Positions 44,135 to 57,830 of a stretch of 64,000 nt of DNA are shown piece after piece. Within the stretch, counting starts at the first letter, position 1. Each line of letters opens with the position of its first letter. The notes under the pieces were generated by a model. The model was given only the letters and a program-made list of their open reading frames with translations. It did not search any database and was not told where the DNA came from. The position numbers and the translations under genes were made by a program. The stretch is from the human T2T-CHM13v2.0 reference genome, Homo sapiens: contig CP086569.2 of assembly GCA_009914755.4 (NCBI GenBank), positions 3,616,001-3,680,000 on the forward strand, written 5' to 3'.

Positions 44135-47100
44135 ACAGTGCTGTATTCACATTATGTAAATATATTTTTTTTATTATACTTCAAGTACTGGAATACATGT
44201 GCAGCAAATATTTTTAACTGATTATCTCTAACAGACTATTCCAGGTTTTTAATTGATTTCATCATTATTTAATACATATTTTATAAGTATATTTTTCTTC
44301 AGGAAGTTTTTAAATCTTAAAAAGAGGGGAGATCATGCAGTGTTTCTCTTTCTGTGTCTTGTTTATTTCACTTAGTAGAGAGTCCTCCAGCTCTTTCTAT
44401 GCTGTAATAAATGGCAGGATTTTCTTTTTTATAAAGGCTGAATAGTGTGTGTGTGTGTGTGTGCACGCACGTGTGTGTGTGTGTTCATTTGTTGAAGGAC
44501 ATTTAGGCTGTTTTCATATTTTGGCTATTGTGAATAATGCTGCAATTAAAAGGGGAGTTCAGGGCTCTCTTCATGATTCTGTTTTCCATTATTTGAGTAC
44601 ATACCCAGAATTGGTATTGCTGGATAAAGTGGTATTTCTATTTTTAGTTTTTTGAGGAACTACTGTGCTGTTTTTCATTTGGGCTGTATCAATTAGCAGT
44701 TTTAAGCTTTACCTTTATGCCTGTCATGTATTTTGAGTTTATTTTTGTGTATGGTGTGAGATAATATACAAGAGCTTCTTTTCTTCACATCCTTGCCAAC
44801 ACTTATCTTTTTTTTTTAATAGTCACTCTTATAACAGGTGTGAGATGATATCTCATTGTGGTTTTGATTTGCATTTCCCTGATGATTAGATGAACACCTT
44901 TTCATATGCATGTTGGCCATGTGAATTTCTGTTTTGTGGATTTTTGTTCATTTATTAATTGGATTATTTGTATTCTTGGTATTGAATTGCAAGTGTACCT
45001 TACATATTTTGGATATTAATCCCTTATCAGATATATAATTTGCAATTTTTTTCTCAATCTGTAAGTTGCCTTTTCATTTTGTTGATGGTTTCCATTGTTG
45101 CAAAGATGCTGTTTAGTTTGGTATAATCCCACTTGTCTGTTTGTGTTTTTGTTGCCTGTGTTTTGGTATAATATCCAAAATATTATTGCTAAAAAAAAAT
45201 GTCAGGAAGGGCTTTTTCCAAGGTTTTTTTGCTAGGATTTGTATGGTTTCAAGTTTTATGTTTAAGTCTTTAATCTATTTAGAGTTTGTTTTTATGTATG
45301 TTGTGTAATAGGGGTTCAGTTTCATTGTTTTGTGTATGGATATCTGATTTTCCTAGCACTGTTTGCTAAAAAGACTATCCTTTCTCCATTGTGTGTTCTT
45401 AGCACCCTGATGGGAGAACAGTTGGTTCTAAATATGTGGGTTTATTTCAGCATTCTCTCTTTTCTTCTATTGATCTATATATCTGTTTATATGTCAGTAC
45501 CACATCGTTTTCTTTACTACAGCATTGTAATATAATATGAAGTCAAAAAGCATGATATCTCCTGCTCTGTTTTTGCTCAAGATTGCTTTAGCTATTCAGG
45601 GATTTTGTGGTTCTGTTAGAATTTTAGAATTATTTTCTATTTTTGAAAAATATGCCTTTGGAATTCTGATAGAAATTGCATTGAGTGTGTAGATTGCCTT
45701 GGTTTATATGGACATTATGACAGTATTAATACTTCCAATATATTAACATGGAATGCATTTTTACTTATTTCTGTCTTTTAAAAGTTTCCTCATTTATGTT
45801 TTATAATATTGAGTGTATAGGTCTTTACCTCTTTAGTTAATTCTTAAGTATCTTAATTTTTTGTTATTTTTATTGTTAATGCAAATAGGATAGGTTTCTT
45901 ATTTCCCTTTTGGATAGTTTGTTGTTGGTGTATAGAATTGCAACTGATTATTGTATTTTGATTTTGTATTCCATAATTGTGTTGATTTCTTTTATTAGTT
46001 ATAACAGGTTTCCATGGAGTCTTCAGTGTTTTCTACTTATACAGTCATATCATCTGCAAACAAAGATATTTTTACATCCAATCTTTTGCTGTAGATGTTT
46101 TTGTTTCTTTTTCCTGCCTGATTGCTCTGGTTAGAACTCCTAATACGATGTTAAATAACAGGGATAAGAGCGGACACCTTTGCCATGTACTGAATCTTAG
46201 AAGAAACTATTTCATTTTTTCTCCATGAATTTTGATGTTAACTGTGGGTTTTTCACATATGGCCTTTATTGTGTTGTGGTATATTTCTTTTATACCTATA
46301 GTGTTGACTTTTTTTTTTGTCATGAAGGGATGTTACATTTTGTTTAATGCCTTTTGTTAATCTTTTGAGATAATTATGAGGTTTTTGCCTTTTGTTCTAC
46401 TAATGTCATATATTGAATTGGTTAATGTTTGTATGTTGAAACATCCTTTAATTCTAGGAATAAATCCCTTTTAGTTACAGTATATGATCCCTTTAATGTG
46501 CTGCAGAATTTGGTTTGAAAGTATTTTACTTAGGATAAACACATCTATGTTCATCAGAAATATTGTTCTGTAGTTTTATTTTCTGATATCATCCTTGTCT
46601 GGCTTTGGAATCAGAGTGATGCAGTCCTCATGAAGTGAGTTTTCAGTGTTCCCTCTTTTATTTTTAGGGGAGAGCTTAAAATAATTCATGTTCATTCTTT
46701 CTTAAATGTTTGGTGGAATTCCTTTTTAAAGCCATATAGTGCTGGCTTTTTTTTGTTAGAAAATGTTTGATTACATATTCTATCTCTTTGTTATTAATTT
46801 GTTCAAGCTTTCTACATCTTTTTTGTTCTATCTGGATAGATTATGTGTTTATAGAAATGTATCTATTCAGGTAATCCAGTAGATAACCAAATATATATCT
46901 ATATATCCATAACTACATTTATATCTATAATTGTCTATGCATGGCTATATATGTCTACATACATCTCTCTTTATATATATATATATAGTCTGTGTGTATA
47001 TGTGTAAATACATATATATATGCCTCTATATGTCTCTATATGGCTTTTATACAAACATACACATTTTCTCTCTATATAGATAGGCATAGGTAGGTATACC

Positions 47101-47560
47101 TATATAAGGATTTATAGATAGAATTCATTCATGTGTGTATGTATATGTATATAATGTTTACACACATACACACATATATATTTACATCTTAAATAGGTCA
47201 TATTTGTTAATTATATTGTTCAGATCTTCTATCTTATTACTAATGTTCTTATGCTAGATTATTCTGTCAGCAATTGAGTTATGATGAAGTCTCTCATTCT
47301 GATTCTGACTTTCTTTTGAAGTCTTAAAATTTATTTTGAAAAGATTTTTATTTGCATATATATTTAATTATAATATATTCCTCATCAATTGACTCATTTA
47401 ATATCATGTAACAGCTTTCTTTTTTCTAGTGAAACTCTTTGCTTTAAACCCATTTGTCTAATATTATAGGTCTATTCATTTTGTTTTAGTGTTTGCATGA
47501 TAAATACTTTCCATTGCCTAATTTTGAAATTTCTGTATTCATATATTTACGACATGTCTC
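44135..47560 (-). mobile_element. Old L1 (L1M-type) 3'UTR plus ORF2 (antisense), 5'-truncated; contains a (GT)n run and a TA/CA-rich low-complexity block
   Basis: '…ttttataaaggctgaatagtgtg[(GT)n]ttcatttgttgaaggacatttaggctgttttcatattttggctattgtgaataatgctgcaat…gtgagatgatatctcattgtggttttgatttgcatttccctgatgattagatgaacacc…' is antisense L1. (GT)n at 44446-44484. Low-complexity block 46880-47220. Confidence 0.7.
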
Positions 47561-47609
47561 TTTTTTAAAGAGTCCATTAGAAAGTTTCTAAAACCCAGAC
47601 TGGATTTTA

Positions 47610-47647
47610 CACACACACCTGTACACACACACACACACACACACACA
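47610..47647. repeat. (CA)n microsatellite
   Basis: 'acacacacctgtacacacacacacacacacacacacacat'. Confidence 0.9.
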
Positions 47648-47799
47648 TATCCACCAACACAGTCAAGAATCAGAACACTTACTGCAGGATCCCTCATGTT
47701 GCCCTTTTTAATTACAGCCACTTTCCTGCTGCTCCTTACCCCCTATCTTGTTCTTAATGTCTGGCAGGCACTAACTTAATCTTCATTTCTATAAATCAG

Positions 47800-50700
47800 T
47801 TATTTTATGTTTAATGAATGGAATTAAACAATATGTGATTTTGGGGGATTGGTCTTTCTTCACTGAGTGTAATTCTGTGGAGATTAATCCAATGTGTTTC
47901 ATGCATAATGAGTCTACTTTTTTATTGCTGAGCAGTATTCTATGGAACAAATGTAATATAATTTGCCTGTGTTACAGTGTACAAGGGTTTCCTTTTCTCC
48001 ACATCTCTGCCAGCATTTGTTATTGCCTGTCTTTTGAATATATGCCATTTTAAATGAGATGAGATGATATCTCATTGCAGTTTTCATTTGCACTTCTCTG
48101 ATGATCAGTGATGTTGAAAACCTTTTCATATGCCTGCTTTCCATTTGTATGTCTTCTTTTGAGAATAAATATTCAAATCTTTAACCCATTATTTTAATTT
48201 GGTTATTAGGTTTCTACCTATACAGTTGTTTGAGCTTCTTATATTTTCTGGTTATTAGTCCCTTATCAGATGGGTAGTTTGCAAATATTTTCTCCCATTC
48301 TGTGGGATTTTTTTCACTTTGTTGTTTTCTTTGCTGTGAAGAAGTATTTAACTTGAGGTGATCCTATTTGTTGTGCATTTTTGCTTTGGTTGCCTGTGCT
48401 TGTGGGATATTGCTCAAGAAATTTCCACCCAGACTAATGTCCTGGATATATTTCCCAATGTTTTCTTGTAGTAGATTTATAGTGTGAGGTAGCTTTTAGA
48501 TTTAAGTCTTTAATGTCTTTTGATTTCATTTTTGTATGCTGTGACAGATAGGGGTCTAGTATCATCAGTCTATATATGGATATCCAGTTTCCACAGCACC
48601 GTTTATTGAAGAGACTGTCTTTCCCCAGTGTATGTTCTCAGCATCTTTGTCAAGAATGAGTTAACTATAGGTGTATGAATTTGTTTCTGGGTTCTCTAGT
48701 CTGTTCTACTGTTTGGCATGTCTGTTTTACACAAGTATCATGCTGTTTTGGTTACTATACCTCTGTAGTATTATTTGAAGTCAAGTAATGTGATTTCTCC
48801 AGTTTTGTTCTTTTGGCTTAGGATAGATTTGTCTATTCTGGGTCTTTTTTGGTTTCCTATAAATTTTAGGGTTTTTTAAAAATATACCTGTGCAGAATGA
48901 TGTTGGTGTTTTGATATAGATTGCATTGAATCTGTAGATTGTTTTGGGTAGTAGTGACATTTTTAACAATATTGGTTATTCTAATCTATAGACATAGAAT
49001 ATATTTCCATTTTTTGGTGTCCTCTTACATTTCTTTTCTCAGTGAAAACCTTTTTTGTTATAGAGAACTTTCACTTTGGTGAAGTTAACTCCTAGGTATT
49101 TCATTTTATGTGTGGTATTGTAAATGGGATTATTATTTTTTAAAATTCTTTCTCAGATTTTCACTTTTGGCATATAGAAATGTTACTGATTTTTGAATGT
49201 TGATTTTGAATCCTACAAATTTATTGAATTTGATTACCAGTTGTAAGGTTTTTGATGGATTATTTAGGTGTTTCTAAATATAAGATTATATCATCAGAAA
49301 GAAACAATAATTTGACTTCTTCTTTTCCAATTTGAATGTTCTTTATTTCTTTCTCTTGTCTGATTGGTCTAGCTAGAACTTCGAGTACTATGTTGAAAAG
49401 CAGTGGTAAAAGTGGGTATCTTTGTTTGTTGAGTTCCAAATCATAGATAGAAGGTTTTCAGCTTTTCCCCATTCTGTGTGATACTAGCTGTAGATCTGTC
49501 TTACATGGCTTTTATAATGCTGAAGTATGTTCCTTCTATAACATGTGTTTTTCAGGGTTTGTATCATGAAGGGGTGTTGAGTTGTAACAAATGATTTTTC
49601 ATTATCAATTGAAATAATCATATGTCTTTGATCAGCCTGTTGATATCATTTTTATCACATTGATTGATTTCCACATATTGAACCATCTTCACATCCCGAG
49701 GATAAATACCACTAGTTAATGATGAATAATCTTTTTATTATATTGTGGAATTCTGTCTGCTAGTACATTGTTGAGGATTTTTGCATCAATAGTGAACAGA
49801 GATATTGCCCTGTGGTTTTCTTTTTTAATGTATTGGTTTTTTGTTTGTTTGTTTTTGTAGAAGGGTAATACTGGCCTCATCGAATGAGTTTGCAAGGATT
49901 CACTCCTCCTCTATTTTTTTGGAAGACTTTGAGTAGGATTGGTATTTGTTGTTCTTTAAATGTCTGATGGAATTCAGTTGTGAAGCCATTAGGTCCCAGG
50001 CTTTACTTTACTAGGAAACTTTTTATTATGGCTATGATCCCATTACTTGTTATTTATTGGTTCAAGTTTTGGATTTCTTCCTGGTTCAATTTTGATAGGT
50101 TGTATGTGTTTAGGAATTTTTCCATTTCATCTATATTTTCCAATTTATTGGCACTTCGTTGCTCATAGCAGCCACTAATGATGCTTTGAGTTTCTGCAGC
50201 ATCAGTTGTAATGTCTCCTTTTTTCAATTCTGATTTTGTTTATTTTGATCTTCTCTGCTTTATTCTCAGTCTGTCTAAAGGCTTGTAAATTATATTTAAC
50301 TTTTCAAAAAACCAACTTTTTGTTTCACTCATCTTTTCTACTGTTTTCATCCTTTTCATTTATTTCTGCTCTAATCCTTATTATTTCTTTTCTTCTCTTC
50401 TTACTTTTTTGGTCCTTTATGATGCATCATTAGATTGTTTATTTGACTTTTTTTTTTCATTTTTGATGTAGGCACTTGTAGCTATAAACTTACCTCTGAG
50501 TACTACTTTTGCTGTATTCCATAGGTTTTGGTATGTTGTATTTGCATTATTATTCATTTCAAGAAATTATTCCATTTTCTTCTTAATTTCTTCATCAACC
50601 CACTGGCCCTTCAGGAGCATATTATTTAATTTCCATGTATTTGTATAGTTTCCAAAATTCCTCTTGTTATTGAGTTCTTGTTTTTTCTGTTGTTGTCACA

Positions 50701-53700
50701 GAAATACTTGATATTCTTTTTTTGTTGGTGTTTTAAGACTTGTTTTGTAACCTAACATATGGTTTATTCTTGAGAATGGTCCATGTGCTGAGTAAAATAA
50801 TATGTTTTCAGCAGCTTTTTGATTAAATATTCTGTAAATATCTATTAGGTCCATTTGCTCCATAGTGCAGACTGAGTCTGATGTTTCTTTATTGATTTTC
50901 TGTGTGAAAGATCTGTCTAATACTGAAAGTAGGATGTTGAAGTCTCTAGCTATTATTGTATTGGGGCTTCTCTCTCTCTTTAGCGCTAATATAATTTTCT
51001 TTATATAGTGGGTGTTCCAATGTTGGGTACATATATATTTTAAATTGTTATATCATCTTGTTGAATTGATTCCTTTATTATTATATAATGACCTTGTCTC
51101 TTTTTATAATTTCTGTCTTGAAATCCATTTTGTCTGATGTAAGTATAGCAACTCCTGCTGTTTTGTGGTTTTCACTGGATTGGAAGGTTTTTCTATCTTT
51201 TTATTTTTAGCCTATGCATGTTTTTATATGGGAAGTGTGTTTCTTGTAGGCAACAGATCAATGGGTCTTGTTCTTTCATCCATTCAGCTACTCTATGACT
51301 TTTGTTAGGATAGTTTAGTCCATTTCCATTCAGTTATTATTAACAAGTAAAGACTTCAGCCTTGTTGTTATTTGTTTTCTTGTTGTTTTATGTAATTTTT
51401 TATACCTTCCTTACTTTTTTCCTATATTACATTCGTGAAGATAATCATCTCAATATGATTTAGTTTCCTGCTATTAATTGTCCGTGTATCCATTGTATGT
51501 TTTCTGGTTTGTGGTTACCATGAAGCTCGCAAATGCTATCTTAAAACTCATTATTTTGAGCTGATAACAACTTAACACAATTTGCTTAAACAAACGAGTA
51601 TAAAAAACTAAATAAACTCAATGACTGAAATTCATCTCCTTGCTTTTTAACTTTTTATTTATTATTTATATTTCACTGCACTGTCTATGTCTTGAAAAGT
51701 TGTCGTAGTTATTATTTTTGATTGGTTCATCCTTTAATCTTTTTACTTAGAATAAGAGTGGTTTTCATACCATATTTACAATGTTAGAATATTCTGTGTT
51801 TTTTTCATGTACTTAATATTACCTGTGATTTTTGTACCTTCAGGTGATTATGTTTTGCTCATTAACATTCTTTTCTTTCTGATTAATGTACTGCCATTAG
51901 CATTTCTTGTAGGACAGGTCTGGTGATAATGAAATACCTCAGCTTTGATTTTTCTGGGAAAGTCTTCATTTCTCCTTCATGTTCGAATGCTATTTCCTCA
52001 ATATATATTATTCTAGGGTAAAAGTTTTCCTTTTTCTTCAGCATTTTAAATATATCATGCCACACTCTCCTGGCACTCTCTCCTGGTGAGGTAAGTTTTC
52101 CACTGAAAAGTCTGCTGCCAGTCATTTTGGAGTTTTATTGTGTGTTATTTATTTATTTTTTTCTTACTGCTTTTAGGATCCCTTCTTCATCCTTGACCTT
52201 TGAGAGTTTGATTATTAAATGCCTTGAGGTAGTATTCTTTGGGTTAAATCTGCTTGGTGTTCAACAACCTTCTTGTACTTGGATATTGATATCTTCCCCT
52301 AGGCTTGGGAGTTCTCTGTTATTATCCCTTTGAATAAACCACTATTCTTTCTCTCCCTCCTCTTTAAGGCCAACTACTCTTAGATGTTTTTGAGGCCATT
52401 TTCTAGATTCTGTAGGCATGCTTTGTTGTTTTTTTTTTCTTTTGTCTCCTATGACTGTGTATTTTCAAGTAGCCTGTCTCTAAGCTCATTAATTTTTTCT
52501 TCTGCTTGATCAATTCTGCTCTTAAAAGACGATGAATTTTTCAGTATGCCAGTTGCATGTTTTTAGCTCCAGAATTTCTGCTTTATTCTATTTACTTATT
52601 TCAATCTCTTTGTTAATTTATCTGAGAGGATTCTGAATTCCTTGTCTGTGTTATCTTGAATTACTTTGAATTTCCTCAAATCAATTATTTTAAGCTTTTT
52701 TGTCTGAAAAGTCATATATCTCTATTTCTCCAGCATTGGTTCTTGACACCTTATTTAGTTCATTTGGTGAGGTCATGTTTTCCTGGATCATCTTGATATT
52801 TGTGGATGTTTGTCTGTGTCTGGGTGTTGAAGAGTTAGGTATTTATTGCAGTCCTCACTGTCTTCATTTGTTTGTACCTGTCCTTGGAAGGGTTTTCCAG
52901 ATATTCAAAAGGATGTGTGTTTTCATAACACCATATATGCTTTTGGGAATGCCTCAAGCCCAGTAATGTTATTGTTTTTGCAGACTCCTAGAGGTACCAC
53001 CTCAATCATCTTGTAAAAGATCCAGAGAAATTCTCTCGATTACCAGGCAGAGACTCTTGTTCTCTTCTCTTACTTTTTCACAAAGAAATTGAGTATCTTA
53101 TGCTGTTTTGAGCCACCTAAATCTGGGAGTGAAGTAACACAAGTACCCCTGTGGCCACCATCACTAGGACTGTACTGAGTCAGACATGAAGCCAGCATAA
53201 CACTAGGTCTTCCCCAAGACCTGCTGTAACCACTTTCCTGGCTACTAACTATGTTAGCTTAAGGCCTGTTTACTAAAGGCCTTGACAATCAGCATGTGGC
53301 AAAGCCAGCCAGGCCTGTGTCCTTTCACTCATGGCAGTGAGTTACCCCAGCACCTAATGGGACCAGAGGTTCTTTCCAGAAGTGAGGGATTAGAGTAAAA
53401 ACTTAGACGTCTACCTGGTATTCTATTGTATTGCTGCTGACCTGGCACTCACACCACAAGATGGGGTCTTTCTTATTCTTCCTTCCTCTTTCCAAAGGCA
53501 GAGCAGTCACATCTCATGGCCAACACCACTACAAGCCCATGGGGAGTACTGCCAGACTACTGCTGATGTTTCCGTAAGGCCCAAGGTCTCTTAAGTCAGC
53601 TTGTGATGAATGCTGTCTGGCCTGGGACTCACTGTTCAGAGCAGTGAGCTCCCCTCTTTCCCAGAGCATGTCCAGAAATGTTATCCAAGAATCATGTTCT

Positions 53701-55330
53701 GGAATTGGAAACCCCAAGATTCTACTTGGTGCTCTCCCACACTATGGCTGAGCTGGTACCTTGTGTCAGCAAGTCTCAGAGTTTCACTTGAGGCCTTCAT
53801 TGTAGTACGTGGATATCACTCTTGGTTATTCAGAGCTCAAGGGCTCTTCAGTAAGCAGGTAATAAATGGTTCCAAGACTAGGTCTTTTTCTTCAAGGCAG
53901 TAGGTTTGCTTGTGGCCTAGGCTGTGTCTAGAAATGTCTGGGATCCAGCGCCTGGAATGGGGGGCCTCAAAACTGTGATCAGTACCCTATTCTGCTGTGG
54001 CTGAGCTCATATCTAAGATGCAAGACAAAGTCCTCCCCACTATTTTCTCTACTCTCCTCAGTTGAAAAGAAAAGGCATCTCTTGGAGCCACAAGTTGTGC
54101 AGCCTGGGGCTAGGTGTGGAGTGATGCCAGCACTCCCACATCCATGTTAGCTGGTGTCTCAGTAGATCATGTCACCCCCAGCTCATTGTCTCTGGGCCCA
54201 GTTCAGCCCTGGGACTCACCTAAGAGTTACAGTCCTTATGGTCTAGACTGTCTTTCAAGTTTACTTAGAGACACAGAGCACAGCCTGGGGCTGTGAGGTT
54301 TGCAGGAACTCAAGTTCCATCCCCTGGGATCCTGGGATCTACAATTCCCCTCTAGCAAGGACTGGTTTATATGCGCCCACTATGGTTTATATGCTGACAC
54401 CATGGGTGAGTGTCAGCTGAGTTTGGCCTAATTTTCCTTTCTACTCCCACCACTAGTTTATATGCTGACACCATGGGTGAGTGCCATCTGAGTTTGGCCT
54501 AGTTTTCCTTTCTGCTCTAACAGGGCAGCACTGAGTTCAGTGCCTCACAGTTTGCTGTGTTCTCCATCCCCCCAGACACAGAAATGCTCTCTGCACCATG
54601 CTGCTGCCAGTGGGTGTGGCAGGGGTGGCATCAGCAATTCAATACTTTTTTTTCCTCCTCAGTGCATCATGTAACAATACAAAGTTAAAAGCAGGTACTG
54701 AGAGTGCTCACCTGTGGTGCTTTGCTCAAGTAAATAGTTATTAAATTGGTGTCTTTGCAGGAGGGTGTCGGGGGTGGATGATGGATGGAGCTTTATATTC
54801 TTTCATCTTGTTCTGCCTCTTTTATATGTAGTCTTTCAACTTCTCATACTTGTTATTTTCCCTCTGTATATGCTATCTTAACTAGCTACAGTGAACTTTT
54901 CTTGTAATCTTTCTCTAACGCTACTTATTCCATTTTCAACTAAATTTCATTTTTGTCTGAAAACCTTTGTAGATGACTTAGAGATTCTGTTTTCTACTAT
55001 TTTATCTTATATTACCATGTATTTTTATCTTTATAACAATTACCTAGTTTCCTTGTCCACTTGTGTATTTATTATTTTTTGAGTGATAACTATTTTCCTT
55101 ATCAGATTGTATGTTCCATGAAGAAATGGAATGTGTCTGCTTCTTACTAGTGCAGCCTCAATGACAGAAGATTGTGTGGCTCACAAAAAGTATGGGTGGG
55201 TGTACCAATGTGTGAATTTATGTGTATCTTTGTGGTATCACTAAAGGTCTTAAGGAAATCAGGATTTTCCCAGGTTTTTTAGTCTCACTAAGGATTTTAT
55301 TTTTCTCTTAATCTAGCAGGCATTCTTCAC
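47800..55330 (-). mobile_element. Old L1 (L1MA/L1PB-like), near full-length, antisense: ORF2, ORF1 and a long (~2.4 kb) 5'UTR region
   Basis: Antisense L1 ORF2 C-terminus at 47850-48160 ('…gcctgtcttttgaatatatgccattttaaatgagatgagatgatatctcattgcagttttcatttgcacttctctgatgatcagtgatgttgaaaacc…'). Continuous antisense ORF2/ORF1-like sequence through about 52900 ('…cttgttctttcatccattcagctactctatgacttttgttaggatagtttagtccatttccattcag…'). 52900-55300 is GC-richer with repeated sub-blocks typical of old L1 5'UTRs. The 5' boundary is poorly defined. Confidence 0.55.
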
Positions 55331-56118
55331 TGATTAAATTCCATTTTCTTCTTTCTCCCCCTTCACACCATCCATCCCATTTCATAAGTAACTTAGAAAG
55401 CTTCACTTCAGATACAATGATAAATTATTAGATTATATTTCCTAGCATTGAAATTTTTGGAAAGCTCTTTATATTATAAACTATTTTCTGTTATGTGTTT
55501 TAGTCACAATTAAATCTAGCTGTGAATAAATTGAAAATATGTCCTCTCTTACCTATAAAAAGCAAAGCTGTAAAATGATTCAAGTATATACCCTTTAAAA
55601 AATGCATTTATCAAAACCAACACTTGTCTGTCAATAATAACCAATTTCTGTATTGTGTTTAAAATGTATCCCTCTATAGATTCAAAAAATATTTAAAATT
55701 TTGTTTCACCATAATTATTTATCAGATTGAATGCATATATGTTTTCAGAAAGCATGCAAGACTAAAAAGACATTTCTGGATTAGCTAGAAATGTAGTAGA
55801 CTAACTGCTTTTTATTATTTTGATTTAGCATTTCTATGCTTCTCATTATTAACAGGTTTATGTTTGAGAAATATCAGAATATTATATGTAATGATTGACT
55901 CAATTATGGACCTTGATATAAATAATTTTGCCCTCTATAAGTAAATTAATATTTTCAATAAATATTAAAAGGGTGCTTTTTTAAAGAAAATATACATGAA
56001 ATTGACACAGGGCCAGCCTTTAAGTGAGTTACAATTATAAATACAAACACCTCATTCTAGTATTCCATTATAAAGTTTAAATCAATAGCTTTAGTAGAGG
56101 TAATTAGAAAGGGAAGCA

Positions 56119-56793
<675 letters not shown>

Positions 56794-56890
56794 GAAAGAA
56801 TCAAGTCCCCATTTTAGTAAAGATCGCCCTCTCTTGGACCAAGTCTACTTCAAATAGCAACCCTCCAAGTCTGCATAAGATTTATGTCTA

Positions 56891-57188
56891 GGCCAGGTGC
56901 AGTGGCTCATGCCTATAATGCCAGCACACTGGGAGGCCAAAGTGGAAAGATCACTTGAGTTCAGGAGTTGAAAACCTGCCTGGGCAACATAACAAGATCT
57001 CATCCCTACTAAAAGTCAAAAAAAGAAAATCAGCTGGACATGGTGGCATGCACCTGTAGTCCCAGCTAGTTGGGAGGCTGAGAAGGGGAAATTGTTTGAG
57101 TCCAGGAGATCAAGGCTGCAGTGAGCTCTGATTCAGCCACTGCAATTCAGGCTGGGCAACAGAGTAAGATCCTGTCTCAAAAAAAAGA
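56891..57188 (+). mobile_element. Alu (older, AluJ-like)
   Basis: 'ggccaggtgcagtggctcatgcctataatgccagcacactgggaggccaaagtggaaagatcacttgagttcaggagttgaaaacctgcctgggcaacataacaagatctcatccc…caggctgggcaacagagtaagatcctgtctcaaaaaaaag'. Confidence 0.85.
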
Positions 57189-57559
57189 GAAGATTTCTAC
57201 GTTAGACATTGTTGCCTACAAACCATTGCACCCAGAATCGGAGCAAAGGGTAGTAATTTCAGTTACCAAAGAAACTTAAAACCAGGGAGAGAAAACTGGA
57301 TTAGCCAATGTTAGTAGAATGTTCCTAAATACACATTCTATATGCATTTTGTACTATTCTAATTTAGCAATTTCTTAAATGACAAGTGTCAATAATTTAT
57401 TTTTCACAGCCCTACCACAGTGATCATACAAATTTCTTTCTATGCTCTTCCTGTTATCACAACATAATATTAAACCCCCGTAGGTACTAAAACAAAGACT
57501 TACTTTTTAAAATGTATTTTAAATTGCTTAATATTTCTATTTTAATAACTTTAGGAGTA

Positions 57560-57830
57560 TAAGTGGTTTTTATTAACATGGATAAATTGTACAATGGTGA
57601 AGTCTGGGCTTTTAGTATACCCATCACCCAAATAATGTACGTTATACACAATAAGTAATTTCTCATTCCTCACTCCCTCTCCCATTTCTTCCCTTTTTGA
57701 GTCTCCAATGTCCATTATACCACTCTGTATACCTTTGGATAACCATAGCTTAGCTATAACTTATAAGTGAGAACATGCAGTATTTGATTTTCTGTTTGTG
57801 AGTTACTTTGTTACTGGCAGTAAATCCATA
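57560..57830 (-). mobile_element. Short L1 3'-end fragment (antisense)
   Basis: '…cccatcacccaaataatgtacgttatacacaataagtaatttctcattcctcactccctctccc…ccattataccactctgtatacctttggataaccatagcttagctataacttataagtgagaacatgcagtatttgattttctgtttgtgag' matches the antisense extreme 3' end of L1. Confidence 0.65.

Noticed and set aside
42010-47560. Possible L1 5'-inversion by twin priming at the 44131/44135 junction
   Set aside because: In twin-primed L1s the poly(A) or 3' end is at the outer edge and the inverted 5' piece is internal. Here the antisense 3' end abuts the sense 5' piece, so two separate insertion events are more parsimonious.
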